Notes: generated by a model not told the origin, from the sequence alone. 29,569 bases of DNA from a virus (IMGVR_UViG_3300032277_000055:1-29569), one strand, 5' to 3'; counted from the stretch's first letter, positions 1 through 9,797 are shown. Made by a program: numbers and translations.

Positions 1-2088
1 CTTTGCTATACCTTCTTCCAAGGCATTGACTTTGTCAGCATACGACTTAGCAGCAGCTACCCGATCGACTACAGCACGAGCTGAAGCGTCTGGTGCTGCC
101 TGACGAGCGGTGTTTGCCATCTGTACGGCATGATCTGTAGAGGCGTCATAGGCTGTCTGGTTGAAGACACCTGGTCCTACAGGAGTACCTGGACGCTTGA
201 ACTCTGGGTCCCTCTGGATCTTGCCTTTGTTGGCAAGGTTGTTGAGGTGATCCATGATCAAGAGACCCTGCTTATCCTCCATGAGGACTTCAGGTTCTGT
301 CAGGAATGCCTTGTGCTGCTCTGGGGTGATGATACCCTTTTTAAGGAGCTGCAGCATCCCGTTGTCTACTTCGATTGGTGTAAGACCAACCTTGTCAAAG
401 ATGCTACTGTCGAAGCCACTGAAGCCTGGGTCATTGTCCAACCTACGAGCTGCCCTGAGGCCTCTGCGTTGTTGGATGTCTGCCTGACGTTCTTTGTTGG
501 CTATGTCGAGACCTGCACGAGCGTTAGCTGTGAGATCCGTAGCGAGCTGTTTAGTGTCACCTACATCAGTACCCAGACTATCTAATACTCTGCCGCGCTT
601 CTTAGCTTCACGGATGATCCTAGGCTTCTTAGAGGAAGGGAATACATTATCTACGGCACGGCCTACTTTAGGAGCATAAGCTGCCCCTATACCAGCACCT
701 ATCACAGCACCTGGTACGCCAGTAACAGGGCCACCAAATACACCAGATGTTCCACCAATGGCAGCACCAAATGCACCTCCGATACCTTCGCCTGGTCGGG
801 ACTTACCTAAAGTCTCAAACATACCTTGTCCACGAGACTTAAAGCCATCTGTAGAGGCAATCTCTAGATCATAAGCCAGCTTACGGAGTGTTTCCTTTGC
901 CGCTGGTTCAATCTGTAGAGTGTCAATAGCTGATAGGTCTTCAAAGGTGACATGGCGTTGACTGTTCTTACTTTGGCTGAACACAGAGCCTTCGCGCTTG
1001 AAGACACTGTTGTATTCAGACTGAGTAATGATACCAGCCTTCTTCATCTCATCGGCAGCTAGGAAGAGTTCGCCTTTGATCTCATCCCATACTGATTTGA
1101 TGGACCGATTGCGTACTTCTTTCTCAGCGGCGTTGCCTTTGAAGATCCTATCGTTGATCTTCTGCTCCATGCGACGATAGACACGTTCCTCTGCAGCAAT
1201 CTGCTCTAGGTCCACATCCTTGGCATCAAAGTGTCGTTGGGCTCTGTTATTCTGGTAGCCTTCGATTGCATCTGGAGCTGCTCTTACAGCATCGCCAACA
1301 GCACCTACAGTAGGACCTGTGGTAACACCTGCAAGGCCTGCCGCCAGGGTGGCGTCTCCATACTCACCAAGGGATGGACCGCCCCTCTCAGTACCGATAC
1401 GGGTAGCTGCGAGTTCAAGGTTCTCTTGAGGTATCTCAGTGAGGGTCTCACCTGCGCCCCTTTTAAGGGCCTTCGTCACGAGACCACCTTGAGGGCTACC
1501 AAGGGTGATCTTACCAGCCAATCGCTCGGCTGCGGTGATAGCAAGAGCAGTAGGAGCAGCGACTGCGTAGTCACCTCCTGTTGTCTCTTCACGAGAGCGG
1601 CCATCGTTGATAGCGCGTTCTGTCGCAATCTCCTCAGTCCTAGAGCCTAGGTACGGGGCTATTGATAGAGGGTTAGTGGCCATTACCATGTCAGGTACAC
1701 TTGAGAGACCTGTCTGGAGGCCAAATGACAAACCTGCAGGGACCTTCCTGAGACCTGCTGCGTCCTTAACATCCTGAAGGGACGTACTCGGGGCATAAGG
1801 GTCACGGCTATCAAGATCTGCTTGGGTCTTGTCAGCCAACCAGCCAGCACCTTTGGAGATGAGTGGGATACCCATCTTCTCAATGCCGCGTTCAAGGTTC
1901 TCCGCAATGCGACCTGATCGTTGGTCGATACCTTCGAAGAGGTTTGAAGTTGTCTTCGGTTGTTGTTGTGTTTGGTTTACAGAGGCAACCATCTCATCGA
2001 CCGCTGCTTGCTGCTCCTCTGGACTAAGCCGAGTGAAGCCTGCATCGACCTCAAACTTGAGGCCGTTGTCCAACTCAATGGTTGCCAT
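1..2088 (-). CDS. Large internal virion/ejection protein, partial (runs off the left edge, >=696 aa); absent from the ORF track
   Basis: Manual translation from ATG 2088 (MATIELDNGLKFEVDAGF...) is open to base 1. Contains GETLTEIPQE and a glycine-zipper hydrophobic segment (GGAFGAAIGGTSGVFGGPVTGVPGAVIGAGIGAA). Third of three consecutive ejection-like genes. Confidence 0.75.
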   Translation of the reverse strand, partial: MATIELDNGLKFEVDAGFTRLSPEEQQAAVDEMVASVNQTQQQPKTTSNLFEGIDQRSGRIAENLERGIEKMGIPLISKGAGWLADKTQADLDSRDPYAPSTSLQDVKDAAGLRKVPAGLSFGLQTGLSSVPDMVMATNPLSIAPYLGSRTEEIATERAINDGRSREETTGGDYAVAAPTALAITAAERLAGKITLGSPQGGLVTKALKRGAGETLTEIPQENLELAATRIGTERGGPSLGEYGDATLAAGLAGVTTGPTVGAVGDAVRAAPDAIEGYQNNRAQRHFDAKDVDLEQIAAEERVYRRMEQKINDRIFKGNAAEKEVRNRSIKSVWDEIKGELFLAADEMKKAGIITQSEYNSVFKREGSVFSQSKNSQRHVTFEDLSAIDTLQIEPAAKETLRKLAYDLEIASTDGFKSRGQGMFETLGKSRPGEGIGGAFGAAIGGTSGVFGGPVTGVPGAVIGAGIGAAYAPKVGRAVDNVFPSSKKPRIIREAKKRGRVLDSLGTDVGDTKQLATDLTANARAGLDIANKERQADIQQRRGLRAARRLDNDPGFSGFDSSIFDKVGLTPIEVDNGMLQLLKKGIITPEQHKAFLTEPEVLMEDKQGLLIMDHLNNLANKGKIQRDPEFKRPGTPVGPGVFNQTAYDASTDHAVQMANTARQAAPDASARAVVDRVAAAKSYADKVNALEEGIAK

Positions 2089-2100
2089 ACTGATTTCTTT

Positions 2101-3177
2101 CTATTCTAAGACTTTGAAGCCGATACCAGAGGAGGTAACACCGTTAAGATCCAAAGCGTCTACAGCTTTGCTTGTGATGGCGTCCATGTTGTTTCGGGTA
2201 TACAACCTGGAGAACTTACGGTAGTCGCCTTGGTAGCGTTCCTGTCGTTCTTCGTTGGTAAGATCATCCCAGGTGTCAACCTTGGCCATGAGCTTGTCCT
2301 GACGACGGATCATCATATTGACCATAGCTTTCCAGGTGGCTGGGTCCTGATCAATGTTGGCAATGGCATCTCTTACGATACCGCGCTCACCTTCAGTAAC
2401 TTGACCTTGTCCTTTGAGGAACTCAACAGCTGCCTTGAGCATCATTTGGTTCTGCAAGGCACGAGCTTCGCCAGTCTTGGAGGCGCTGTAGCCAGAGACA
2501 TCAAACCCTGACTTCTCTGCCAGGAACCTAGCAAACTGTCCGTGTGCTGTAGATGTTGACTGATCAGCTAAGCTCAGCATCGTCTGATACTGGGCCATGT
2601 TGTCTGGGATAGCCTCGTAGGCTAGTGTGTCCAGGGTGATAGCTTCTTGACTATCCTTACCACCAGCTACACGGATGCTTTCGTTACCTTTGAAACCACC
2701 TGTGACACCGCTAGGCATGTTAGGGAAGATCTTACCATCGCTTGCACGTTCATAGCTAAGGTCGCCTGTACCAGTGTTACCGATTGGGTAGTAAAGTTCA
2801 TTGTCTTCACCAACAAATGGGTCCTTAAACTGGCTACGTCCACGAGAGCCTGCAGCTGTCTGTTTCTGCTCAGCTATCAGCTGACGTTCGCGGAAGTCGT
2901 TATCCAGCTTCTGCTGTTGGGCCTCTTGCTCCATCCTCAGGTTCTCCTGGAACTGAGCCTGCTGGTCTCGACCCTTCTGCTGCCAAGCCTTAAGAGCCGT
3001 GTCGTTACCTAGGCCAGCACCAATCCGAGAAAGAGTTACACGATGCTTGTCATCGAGCTGCCCTGTGAACATAGCCTTCAGGAGGCCTGGTCGCTTAGGC
3101 CTAGGAGTGTTCTGATCAGGAGATGTGATCCCCAGGTTCATGAGGGATTGGTTGAGGGTATCGTCTTGATACGTCAT
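2101..3177 (-). CDS. Putative internal virion/DNA ejection protein (358 aa)
   Basis: AGGAGG SD before the ATG. Q-rich coiled coil, LSRIGAGL segment and GQGQVTEGER motif typical of podovirus ejection proteins; position in the module. Confidence 0.6.
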   Translation of the reverse strand: MTYQDDTLNQSLMNLGITSPDQNTPRPKRPGLLKAMFTGQLDDKHRVTLSRIGAGLGNDTALKAWQQKGRDQQAQFQENLRMEQEAQQQKLDNDFRERQLIAEQKQTAAGSRGRSQFKDPFVGEDNELYYPIGNTGTGDLSYERASDGKIFPNMPSGVTGGFKGNESIRVAGGKDSQEAITLDTLAYEAIPDNMAQYQTMLSLADQSTSTAHGQFARFLAEKSGFDVSGYSASKTGEARALQNQMMLKAAVEFLKGQGQVTEGERGIVRDAIANIDQDPATWKAMVNMMIRRQDKLMAKVDTWDDLTNEERQERYQGDYRKFSRLYTRNNMDAITSKAVDALDLNGVTSSGIGFKVLE

Positions 3178-3188
3178 AACTGTCCTCC

Positions 3189-4142
3189 TTAAGATGTTGG
3201 GACTGGCGAACCACCCGCAGCAGCCATATCTCCGAGGAAACCAGCAATACCTGGCGTACTCATTGAGTTACTAAAGCTGTTCTGGATTGGCGAACCGATG
3301 TGTCCTTGATAGGCACTCAGGATGTCAGTCTCACGGGTGTCGTTACCCTGCCATTTTTGGTATAGCGCATCTAGTTCACGCTGAGCATCAGACTGCAGAA
3401 CGCCACCAGCGCCCAACAAGGTATTACCCTGTGAGACCCCGAGGTTGTTGGCCATAGCCGCGCCATTCATGCCCATACCCAACAGTCCCTGGAGTTGCCC
3501 TGAGGCGCCCAGCTGTGTTGACCTACCGCTGTTCATAGCGGAGAGGGCAGTGTTTAGGCCTTGCGAGTATGCACCGCCTCGGATCTGGCTTGAGATATCT
3601 CCGATACGGTCTGCAGCGCCACGTTGGAGGATCGCTTCTGCGCCTCCGGTGCGGCTAGAGTTAGCGTTACCTGAGCCTGTTGCGGCTAGGTTGAGAGCTG
3701 GCATGTCATTCTCTGAGAACTGCCTCGTAATATCTCTGGAGGCATTGTCTACCATACCATCGATATAAGGGTTGTTCGCATACTGACTAGCTGAGTTGAT
3801 TAGGCTTTGCGTTGGGTCTTGGCCTGCCTGGTTGAAGAGGCTCGAGGCAGCGTTACCTGCCTGCTGGCCTCCACCGAGGGCACCAAGGGCTGCCTGGGAC
3901 GCTCCGTTATAGAGGTCCATGGCACCGCCATTGGCAAAGTTTGTGAGAGAGTTGACGCCCTGCTGCTGAGTACCGTTGATACCAGCATAGAGGTCTCCAC
4001 CGAACCAAGGAGTACCAGATCGACTGTCATAGAGAGACCTGGCGTTGTCGTAGAGGTTCTTTAGCTCTTTCTTCTGTGGGCGGAATACTTTGCTCCCGCT
4101 CTCACTCTCGGAGCCCCCGAGGATGGTCTGCATGAGTCCCAT
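3189..4142 (-). CDS. Putative ejection/DNA-transfer (pilot-like) protein (317 aa)
   Basis: AGGAG SD. G/A/Q/N/S-rich composition with NPY and GNANSSR motifs, as in podovirus internal proteins that follow the tail genes. Confidence 0.65.
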   Translation of the reverse strand: MGLMQTILGGSESESGSKVFRPQKKELKNLYDNARSLYDSRSGTPWFGGDLYAGINGTQQQGVNSLTNFANGGAMDLYNGASQAALGALGGGQQAGNAASSLFNQAGQDPTQSLINSASQYANNPYIDGMVDNASRDITRQFSENDMPALNLAATGSGNANSSRTGGAEAILQRGAADRIGDISSQIRGGAYSQGLNTALSAMNSGRSTQLGASGQLQGLLGMGMNGAAMANNLGVSQGNTLLGAGGVLQSDAQRELDALYQKWQGNDTRETDILSAYQGHIGSPIQNSFSNSMSTPGIAGFLGDMAAAGGSPVPTS

Positions 4143-4172
4143 AGGGGTCTCCTAATGTTATATGTGATGTGC

Positions 4173-6512
4173 TTAGTAGGTTATTTCTGGGTACACAGCG
4201 GATGTTGGGGTAATATAATCAACCATCGGTTTGTCTGTATAGATAATAGTTCCCCGAAGGCGTGACCATTTGTTGTCACCACTCTTGAAACCACCAGATA
4301 CCCAAACCTCTAGAGGTCCAGCATCTGGGTCTATATCAGTAAGGACATGCCTATACCAGACATATGTATTACCGCCCTCATGGTTTTGGTTAGCTAGGAG
4401 TATATTACCATCTTGCTCAATCCGATAACCTGGCAAGAGGCCATGGGGCGATGCAGCCTCATTCTTGATCTCAAGGCCTATACGAACGTCCCCAGCTCTT
4501 GTGAGATGGATGTTCTTCATCAAGACATATACAGTGCCGTCTTGTTGAGCAGTCTCAGTGTTCTCTGCAACGATATGCTGTGAAGTATAGGCATTGGCAG
4601 ATGTTGAACGTCTGTTGAGGAAGTCACCAGAGGCCTCGATGTTAGTCCCGTTGAAGCGTAGGTAATGCTCATCGTTCTTGATGGACATCTTGTAGACGCC
4701 TGAGACGTTACCGAGGAATATACCATTTCCTGTGTCGTAGGCCGTAGATCCCATCCGAATGTTACCACTCGCGCCAAGCTCCATGGATACGCCCATGGCA
4801 CCTGCGAGGAGCTTCGATAGGGTAAGCTCTTTGATGTTGGCGTCTTTGATGTACGTGACACCACCGTCTACTTCGAAAGGTGCTCCACCATTAGTGGCAC
4901 CCTCAGTGATCTGGAACTTGTCGGCTACAATAGCAAACGTCGAGGTCGCCCCATTGTTGGTCGAGGAGAACCCTGAGATATGTCCGTTGACGTCTAGGTC
5001 GAGACCATAGGACGCTTCAGCAATACCTGTAACGCTATTAACTCCGACCACAAGGGATCGTGTTGCACGAGCGTAGCCTCCCAGGCCAAGTACTTCTGTA
5101 CCGTCGAGAACGTGTGAGCCTCTGACTAGCGTGATACCATCAATGTCGATGACCTTGCCAGCTGCCAGAGACGCTGTACGCATTGTAAAACGAGGGCCTG
5201 TGATAGCTCCGTTCAAAGTGCCTGTCGCTGTTACCCAAGTCCAAGTAGAGGTGCTTCCTGCTAGGACGAGGTCAAGAGGTCGTCCGCCTGCGCCTGGAAT
5301 ACCAAATGTCTTAGGGCTGGTGTCGGTGTTCTTATACCAGAGACCGATAGTCCATGTTTCACCATCTTTAGGATTAGGCCAACCATCGCCAGCATCAGTT
5401 GCTGCGTTGTCAGCGTTCCAGAGAGCACCCCATTGTGCCAAGTTTTCATCAACACGGGCATGATAGGTCCCAGACTTGGGCGTACCTGCTGTACTGTGTG
5501 TTGTTACACCTGTACTGGCACCCCAAGGGATCGAAGCGTTCTCACTGTTGATGAACTCATTGACAAGGCCACTAGAGACGGATGCTTCGAGCGTGGTGAT
5601 ATCAGCAGCATTAGCTGAGATCAGACCCGCCTGAGTGACGTTGACTGTAGTCTCAAGGGTTCCAATAGCTGAAGCATTTGCAGCAACACCTGTAGAGCCG
5701 TGGTTGACTGTAGTCTCTAGGTTGGTGATTGCTGAGGCATTAGTTGAGATAGCCCCAGCCTGGGTGACATTGACAGTTGTCTCTAATGTACCAATGGCCG
5801 AAGCATTAGCTGCTACACCAGTAGAGCCATCATTTACTGTAGTTTCAAGTGCATTGATAGCTGAGGAGTTGGCAGAGATAGCTCCAGCATTTGTGACATT
5901 GACAGTTGTCTCAAGGGTTCCAATAGCTGAAGCGTTAGCTGCAACACCAGTAGAGCCATGATTGACTGTAGTCTCGAGAGCGGTAATAGCAGTAGCATTT
6001 GTACCAATACTACCAGCGTTATTACTGATAGAGGTCTGCATGGTTGAGAGTGCAGTTGCACCAGCATTGTAACCTGTGGATGGATCATCCAAGGCACTTT
6101 CGATGGCCGCAATCTCAGCCTGCGCTGTCGAGAGGTATGTGCCTCCCGCATTATAACCAGTAGACGGATCATCGAGTGCTGCCTCTACGTCATCTACGGC
6201 TGCTTGTGCAGCTGCAGCGTCAGCAAGAGCAAACTCATCGAGTACTGTCCAGGCTGTTCCATCATAGAAGTAGCCTCGGTCAGTGCCACTCCCTGGGTTC
6301 CAGGGACTGATGGCGATCCTGATCATACCTCTGCGAGGGTTCTCAGGGGCATTGTCTGCAATCTGAACTGCAGCATCGGAGAGATCTTGTGCGGTCTCCT
6401 CGATGTTCTGCAGTTCCTTGTCGAGGTAAGACCTATCGCTCTCTTCGAACTCTGATCTGCCCTGGCGCTTGTATGGCCGAACAAATAGGTCCTTGATCTT
6501 GTTGATAGGCAT
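4173..6512 (-). CDS. Tail needle/fibre host-specificity protein: N-terminal adaptor, coiled-coil repeats, beta-rich domain and lambda-J-like (DUF1983-type) segment (779 aa)
   Basis: Repeated LETTVN heptad-like units; LDVNGHISGF...FAIVADKFQI...PFEVDGGVTYIKDANI resembles the J/DUF1983 region. Confidence 0.7.
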   Translation of the reverse strand: MPINKIKDLFVRPYKRQGRSEFEESDRSYLDKELQNIEETAQDLSDAAVQIADNAPENPRRGMIRIAISPWNPGSGTDRGYFYDGTAWTVLDEFALADAAAAQAAVDDVEAALDDPSTGYNAGGTYLSTAQAEIAAIESALDDPSTGYNAGATALSTMQTSISNNAGSIGTNATAITALETTVNHGSTGVAANASAIGTLETTVNVTNAGAISANSSAINALETTVNDGSTGVAANASAIGTLETTVNVTQAGAISTNASAITNLETTVNHGSTGVAANASAIGTLETTVNVTQAGLISANAADITTLEASVSSGLVNEFINSENASIPWGASTGVTTHSTAGTPKSGTYHARVDENLAQWGALWNADNAATDAGDGWPNPKDGETWTIGLWYKNTDTSPKTFGIPGAGGRPLDLVLAGSTSTWTWVTATGTLNGAITGPRFTMRTASLAAGKVIDIDGITLVRGSHVLDGTEVLGLGGYARATRSLVVGVNSVTGIAEASYGLDLDVNGHISGFSSTNNGATSTFAIVADKFQITEGATNGGAPFEVDGGVTYIKDANIKELTLSKLLAGAMGVSMELGASGNIRMGSTAYDTGNGIFLGNVSGVYKMSIKNDEHYLRFNGTNIEASGDFLNRRSTSANAYTSQHIVAENTETAQQDGTVYVLMKNIHLTRAGDVRIGLEIKNEAASPHGLLPGYRIEQDGNILLANQNHEGGNTYVWYRHVLTDIDPDAGPLEVWVSGGFKSGDNKWSRLRGTIIYTDKPMVDYITPTSAVYPEITY
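5590..5990 (-). repeat. Three tandem 129-bp (43-aa) degenerate coding repeats
   Basis: Equivalent positions at 5704, 5833 and 5962; unit LETTVN(H/D)GSTGVAANASAIGT-LETTVNVT(N/Q)AG... Confidence 0.9.
6040..6185 (-). repeat. Two 84-bp (28-aa) coding repeats containing ALDDPSTGYNAG
   Basis: GGATCATC anchors at 6082 and 6166. Confidence 0.85.
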
Positions 6513-6523
6513 TTAAGTAGTCC

Positions 6524-8155
6524 TTACCTGAATGAGTTGAGGCTCAGCGAGATGTCTGCACCAGCCAACTCAAAGTCTTCAGCGTCAGTCTTAGTGAACC
6601 GAAGCCCTAAGTACTTACCGCCTGCCCTCGAGTTGAGCTTGTAGTTGGTGTAAGGATCATAATCCTGGGCAGTCTCCCAATTGGTACTGTCCTGGGGATA
6701 CATAGATCCACCGAACTCACACTGGAGGGTAGAGAGCTGAGAGAAGACCTTGACCTGTGGGTACACTGAGTGCAGTACCTTGTAGCCAGCGAGGTTGATC
6801 CCTAGCTCATCGAGGTCAATCTTGGTTCTCTCTACGAAAGCAGGCTTGATGACTGCAGTGTCGAGAGGAAGCTGTACCAGGGAGCCGTAGTCTATAGGGT
6901 CAAAGGCATAGAGCTTGTCACCTACAATGGAGTTTCCGGCCGATGGCCTGTTGGCAATCACTGTAGTCCTATTCTGACCATCCTCCTGAGACTGGTACTG
7001 CCCACCATAGGTGGCGTAGGTCTCTGTGGCGAGGGTCGTGTAGGTCTCTGCAGTGAGGCTGAAGGTCACGTTGAGGTGGGACGCTGAGCACACATTGGGC
7101 ATGTCCATAAAGGACCAAGAACCGTTATCGTAGTTGAACACTGCTGCTCTATTACAATAATCAGTATCTCTCCAACCTGCGTCAGCATCCTGCGCGTTAT
7201 AGCAAAAGTACACTGACTTCAGGATAGGGTCGTGGAAGACAAAGAACTTGTCTCTCTTGGCATAGTTCAGCTCACTGAACACCTTGTCACGTACCTTGCC
7301 TGCAGCCAGGGATCTCTTTGATATGCCATCGTGGACATAGAGATCGTTTCTACCGAACACATAGTGGAGGCCTGACACTTCTACAGCCGCATTAGTATTG
7401 ATTATGCCATCATCATTGAATAGCCTGCGGAATGAGAAGACAAAGCGTCCACCGTTGTACTCCATGAGGTGTACCTCCTCGTCTCCATAGAGAACGAAGG
7501 CACCCTTAAGGACTAGCCCATCCAAGAGCTGTCCCTTCATCTCAGCTAGGGGTGTTTCCCCTGCCAAGGTTGTTGCATCTGCCTCATCCCAAGAGGCTGG
7601 AGGAGCCCCTACCTGGCTTTGGTCTGACCATTTGACCATCGTAGGGTATTCAACGGCACTCTTAGTGATGTTGAGGGCTACCATGAAGTCCTTGTAGCCT
7701 CTGAGAGACTTACAGCGCCAACCACTGTCCCAGTCTGGTAGACTTGAGAACTGACTGTCGCTAGGACCTAAGTAAGCAGGCTCGTGAGAGGCTCTGTTGA
7801 TGTACACTACTGACCCGTGGTTGGCCCCAGTGAAGGGGAGGTCATTGGTGGCCCCTGAGTAGCCTGCAGGGGAATAGTCCGTAGACGTCCCACTCTGCCA
7901 CTTGTAGATGGTACCATCATCCTCAGTATGGATGAGGTAATCATTGCCTGTGTTAGGGGTCACCCCAAAGATGAACCTTGGGGTCGTCCCGAAGTCATCC
8001 TCAGCTGTCCTGAAGCCTGGAGCTCTCAGTACTTTACCATCCTTGAAGCGGATGTTGTTACCTTTAGACCATGCGTGAGGCGGCAGGTCGTAAGGGTGTA
8101 GGTCTGAGATGATACCAAGATCACCCCAACGCCTAATTGGAATAGGGGTCGGCAT
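6524..8155 (-). CDS. Tail nozzle/hub (packaged-DNA stabilisation, P22 gp10-like) protein (543 aa)
   Basis: GGAGG SD before ATG 8155. Beta-rich ~550-aa protein with a VKWSD motif; lies between the fibre and ejection genes. Confidence 0.6.
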   Translation of the reverse strand: MPTPIPIRRWGDLGIISDLHPYDLPPHAWSKGNNIRFKDGKVLRAPGFRTAEDDFGTTPRFIFGVTPNTGNDYLIHTEDDGTIYKWQSGTSTDYSPAGYSGATNDLPFTGANHGSVVYINRASHEPAYLGPSDSQFSSLPDWDSGWRCKSLRGYKDFMVALNITKSAVEYPTMVKWSDQSQVGAPPASWDEADATTLAGETPLAEMKGQLLDGLVLKGAFVLYGDEEVHLMEYNGGRFVFSFRRLFNDDGIINTNAAVEVSGLHYVFGRNDLYVHDGISKRSLAAGKVRDKVFSELNYAKRDKFFVFHDPILKSVYFCYNAQDADAGWRDTDYCNRAAVFNYDNGSWSFMDMPNVCSASHLNVTFSLTAETYTTLATETYATYGGQYQSQEDGQNRTTVIANRPSAGNSIVGDKLYAFDPIDYGSLVQLPLDTAVIKPAFVERTKIDLDELGINLAGYKVLHSVYPQVKVFSQLSTLQCEFGGSMYPQDSTNWETAQDYDPYTNYKLNSRAGGKYLGLRFTKTDAEDFELAGADISLSLNSFR

Positions 8156-8357
8156 CGATGAGGCCTCCATAGAGAATATATTCTAAGGTCTCCTCAGGAG
8201 ACACTTTGGTGGGATCTGAGGGTGTAAGCTTGAAGCCTATGGGATGCTCTAAGGGAGCCTCTTCATGGATCTCCATGGTGTAGTTGAGGCGGTCCCAGAG
8301 ATCTTCCTCCCAGTCGTCATCGCTAGATGGTTCTCTTCCAGATGTGTACACCAACAT
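8133..8357 (-). CDS. Small acidic hypothetical protein (74 aa), overlapping both neighbours
   Basis: GGAG-N7-ATG at 8357; MLVYTSGREPSSDDDWEEDLWDRLNY...HPIGF; fills the gap between the flanking genes. Confidence 0.45.
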   Translation of the reverse strand: MLVYTSGREPSSDDDWEEDLWDRLNYTMEIHEEAPLEHPIGFKLTPSDPTKVSPEETLEYILYGGLIDADPYSN

Positions 8358-9126
8358 AAGGCTGCTCCACTGCAAAGGCTGTGTCGCCTCCAGTTTCATC
8401 CGTGTGAGGATAGACAGCATCAGTCTTAGAGGAATTAGAGGTGCCTGTGGTGTAGCCATTAACTGCAGACGTAGAGCCATCTAGGCTGTCCCAGGAGCTG
8501 CTAGCGTGGCCTGTACTCACCCGTACCGCTGAGGCGTGACTGTGAGCTGGCAGCTCTGCTGTCAGGAGGGTGTGAACATACTCACCACCCTCTTCAGCTA
8601 GAGTGAATGTCTTGGCTACTGCATTGCTGTCAGTGCCCTCACCTACGCCTACAAGGACCCTACCAGCTGCGTGAGCTACCCACGTACCGAACCCTAGGAG
8701 GGTGGCAGGGTTGGTGGCTACGGCCGACAGATAGAGAGATCCTACAGGGAAGAGAGCCTGGATGGCTGTATTCCTGGCGGTGACCTCAGCTGCGACTGCG
8801 GCGTCCTGAGAGGCCTTGGTAGCTGCGTCTTGTGGATCTGAGGGGTCACCTACGCCTGTAAGCTTGTTGGCGCCCAGAGGGATGTCTGCGGTGGCTGGTA
8901 TGGTACCGTCAGCCTTGAGGAAGCCTGCCTCGATAGCGGTGGCTCGGGTCTCCAGGGCGTTGATCTCGGTGTGGGTAAGGGTGACTGCCCCTTCGATATT
9001 AGGGAAGGTAGCCAGTAGGGTGGACTTGATGAGCCTCATGTGGTCGTCAGCCTGGGCTACCCCGTCAGTAGAAGCGGGGTTGGAGGCATTGAGGCCATCA
9101 ATAAATGTAGCGGTTTCTAGGGCCAT
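8323..9126 (-). CDS. Short tail fibre/collar protein with T4 gp10/gp12-like C-terminal domain (267 aa)
   Basis: AAGGAG-N7-ATG. FPVGSLY..NPATLLGFGTW..GRVLVG..GGEYVHTL...LPAHSH...QPY..HIWKRT pattern. Confidence 0.75.
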   Translation of the reverse strand: MALETATFIDGLNASNPASTDGVAQADDHMRLIKSTLLATFPNIEGAVTLTHTEINALETRATAIEAGFLKADGTIPATADIPLGANKLTGVGDPSDPQDAATKASQDAAVAAEVTARNTAIQALFPVGSLYLSAVATNPATLLGFGTWVAHAAGRVLVGVGEGTDSNAVAKTFTLAEEGGEYVHTLLTAELPAHSHASAVRVSTGHASSSWDSLDGSTSAVNGYTTGTSNSSKTDAVYPHTDETGGDTAFAVEQPYVGVHIWKRTI

Positions 9127-9129
9127 CAA

Positions 9130-9771
9130 TGGGCTCCTTTAAGTTGTATGGGTGGAACTGTGGGTTGTGTGGTTGCTTTCCAGGTGTGATCCTGGGGGTG
9201 TCACTCAAGAGAGCTGAGTAGGAACAACAACAACAACGAGCCTTTAGTCCCTCTTTTTGAATTGGATCTGAGACATAAGGGGTGTGGGGGCCTGGAGCTC
9301 CCATGGGACCCTGATTGCTACACTCATTCATTGATCTATGAGCTGGCACCCTAGCGTTCCCGTGGGTAACAGCGGATGTCTCCTCCCCTGCATAGTGTAA
9401 CCTTAGGTGCGCTCACTGTGTCCATTGATTGGCTTAGCTCAGGCTGGATTGGTGATACATTTTTATTGGGCCACCCACAGGTCAACCTCTATCACTGTGG
9501 GCCTCACCAATAGCAACACACCAAGTCACCGCCGTGGTTGGGCTGAGGAAGACTGAGGATGCCACCATAGGGTCTATAGCTGGCCTGTAGGTTGTCATCA
9601 TCGATGATCATCACCTAAGAGGCATCACACCAAGGTGGAGGCTATAGGGCTTACAGGGCGGCTCTGGATGGCTGTTGGTGAGAGGCAGTTCCCTGGTAGA
9701 GGCAACAGGGCACACCACTACGTGGGCCACCTGGTGTATAGCAGGGAGGGAGGGAGGGCTTGGGCTATTAC
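9130..9771. other. Long non-coding region with simple repeats, palindromes and hairpins; candidate genome-end/packaging region
   Basis: Longest gene-free stretch in the window. (CAA)n at ~9223-9237, palindrome TCCCATGGGA at 9299-9308, hairpin ~9464-9511, (GGGA)n at 9744-9758. Confidence 0.45.
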
Positions 9772-9797
9772 TCTATAGTTTCCCAAAAACGTCGAAT
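9772..9797 (-). promoter_or_regulatory. Putative phage RNAP promoter (late), ATTCGACGTTTTTGGGAAACTATAGA
   Basis: 24/26 identical to 24963-24988; intergenic; ends in ACTATAG like T7-family promoters. Confidence 0.75.

Noticed and set aside
5590-6185. Repeats as a CRISPR array or DGR template/variable pair
   Set aside because: They are in-frame coding repeats with mostly synonymous changes; no spacers, cas genes or reverse transcriptase.
9098-9349. 83-aa minus-strand ORF
   Set aside because: Low-complexity product (CCCC from the GTT repeat) and no SD; probably non-coding.
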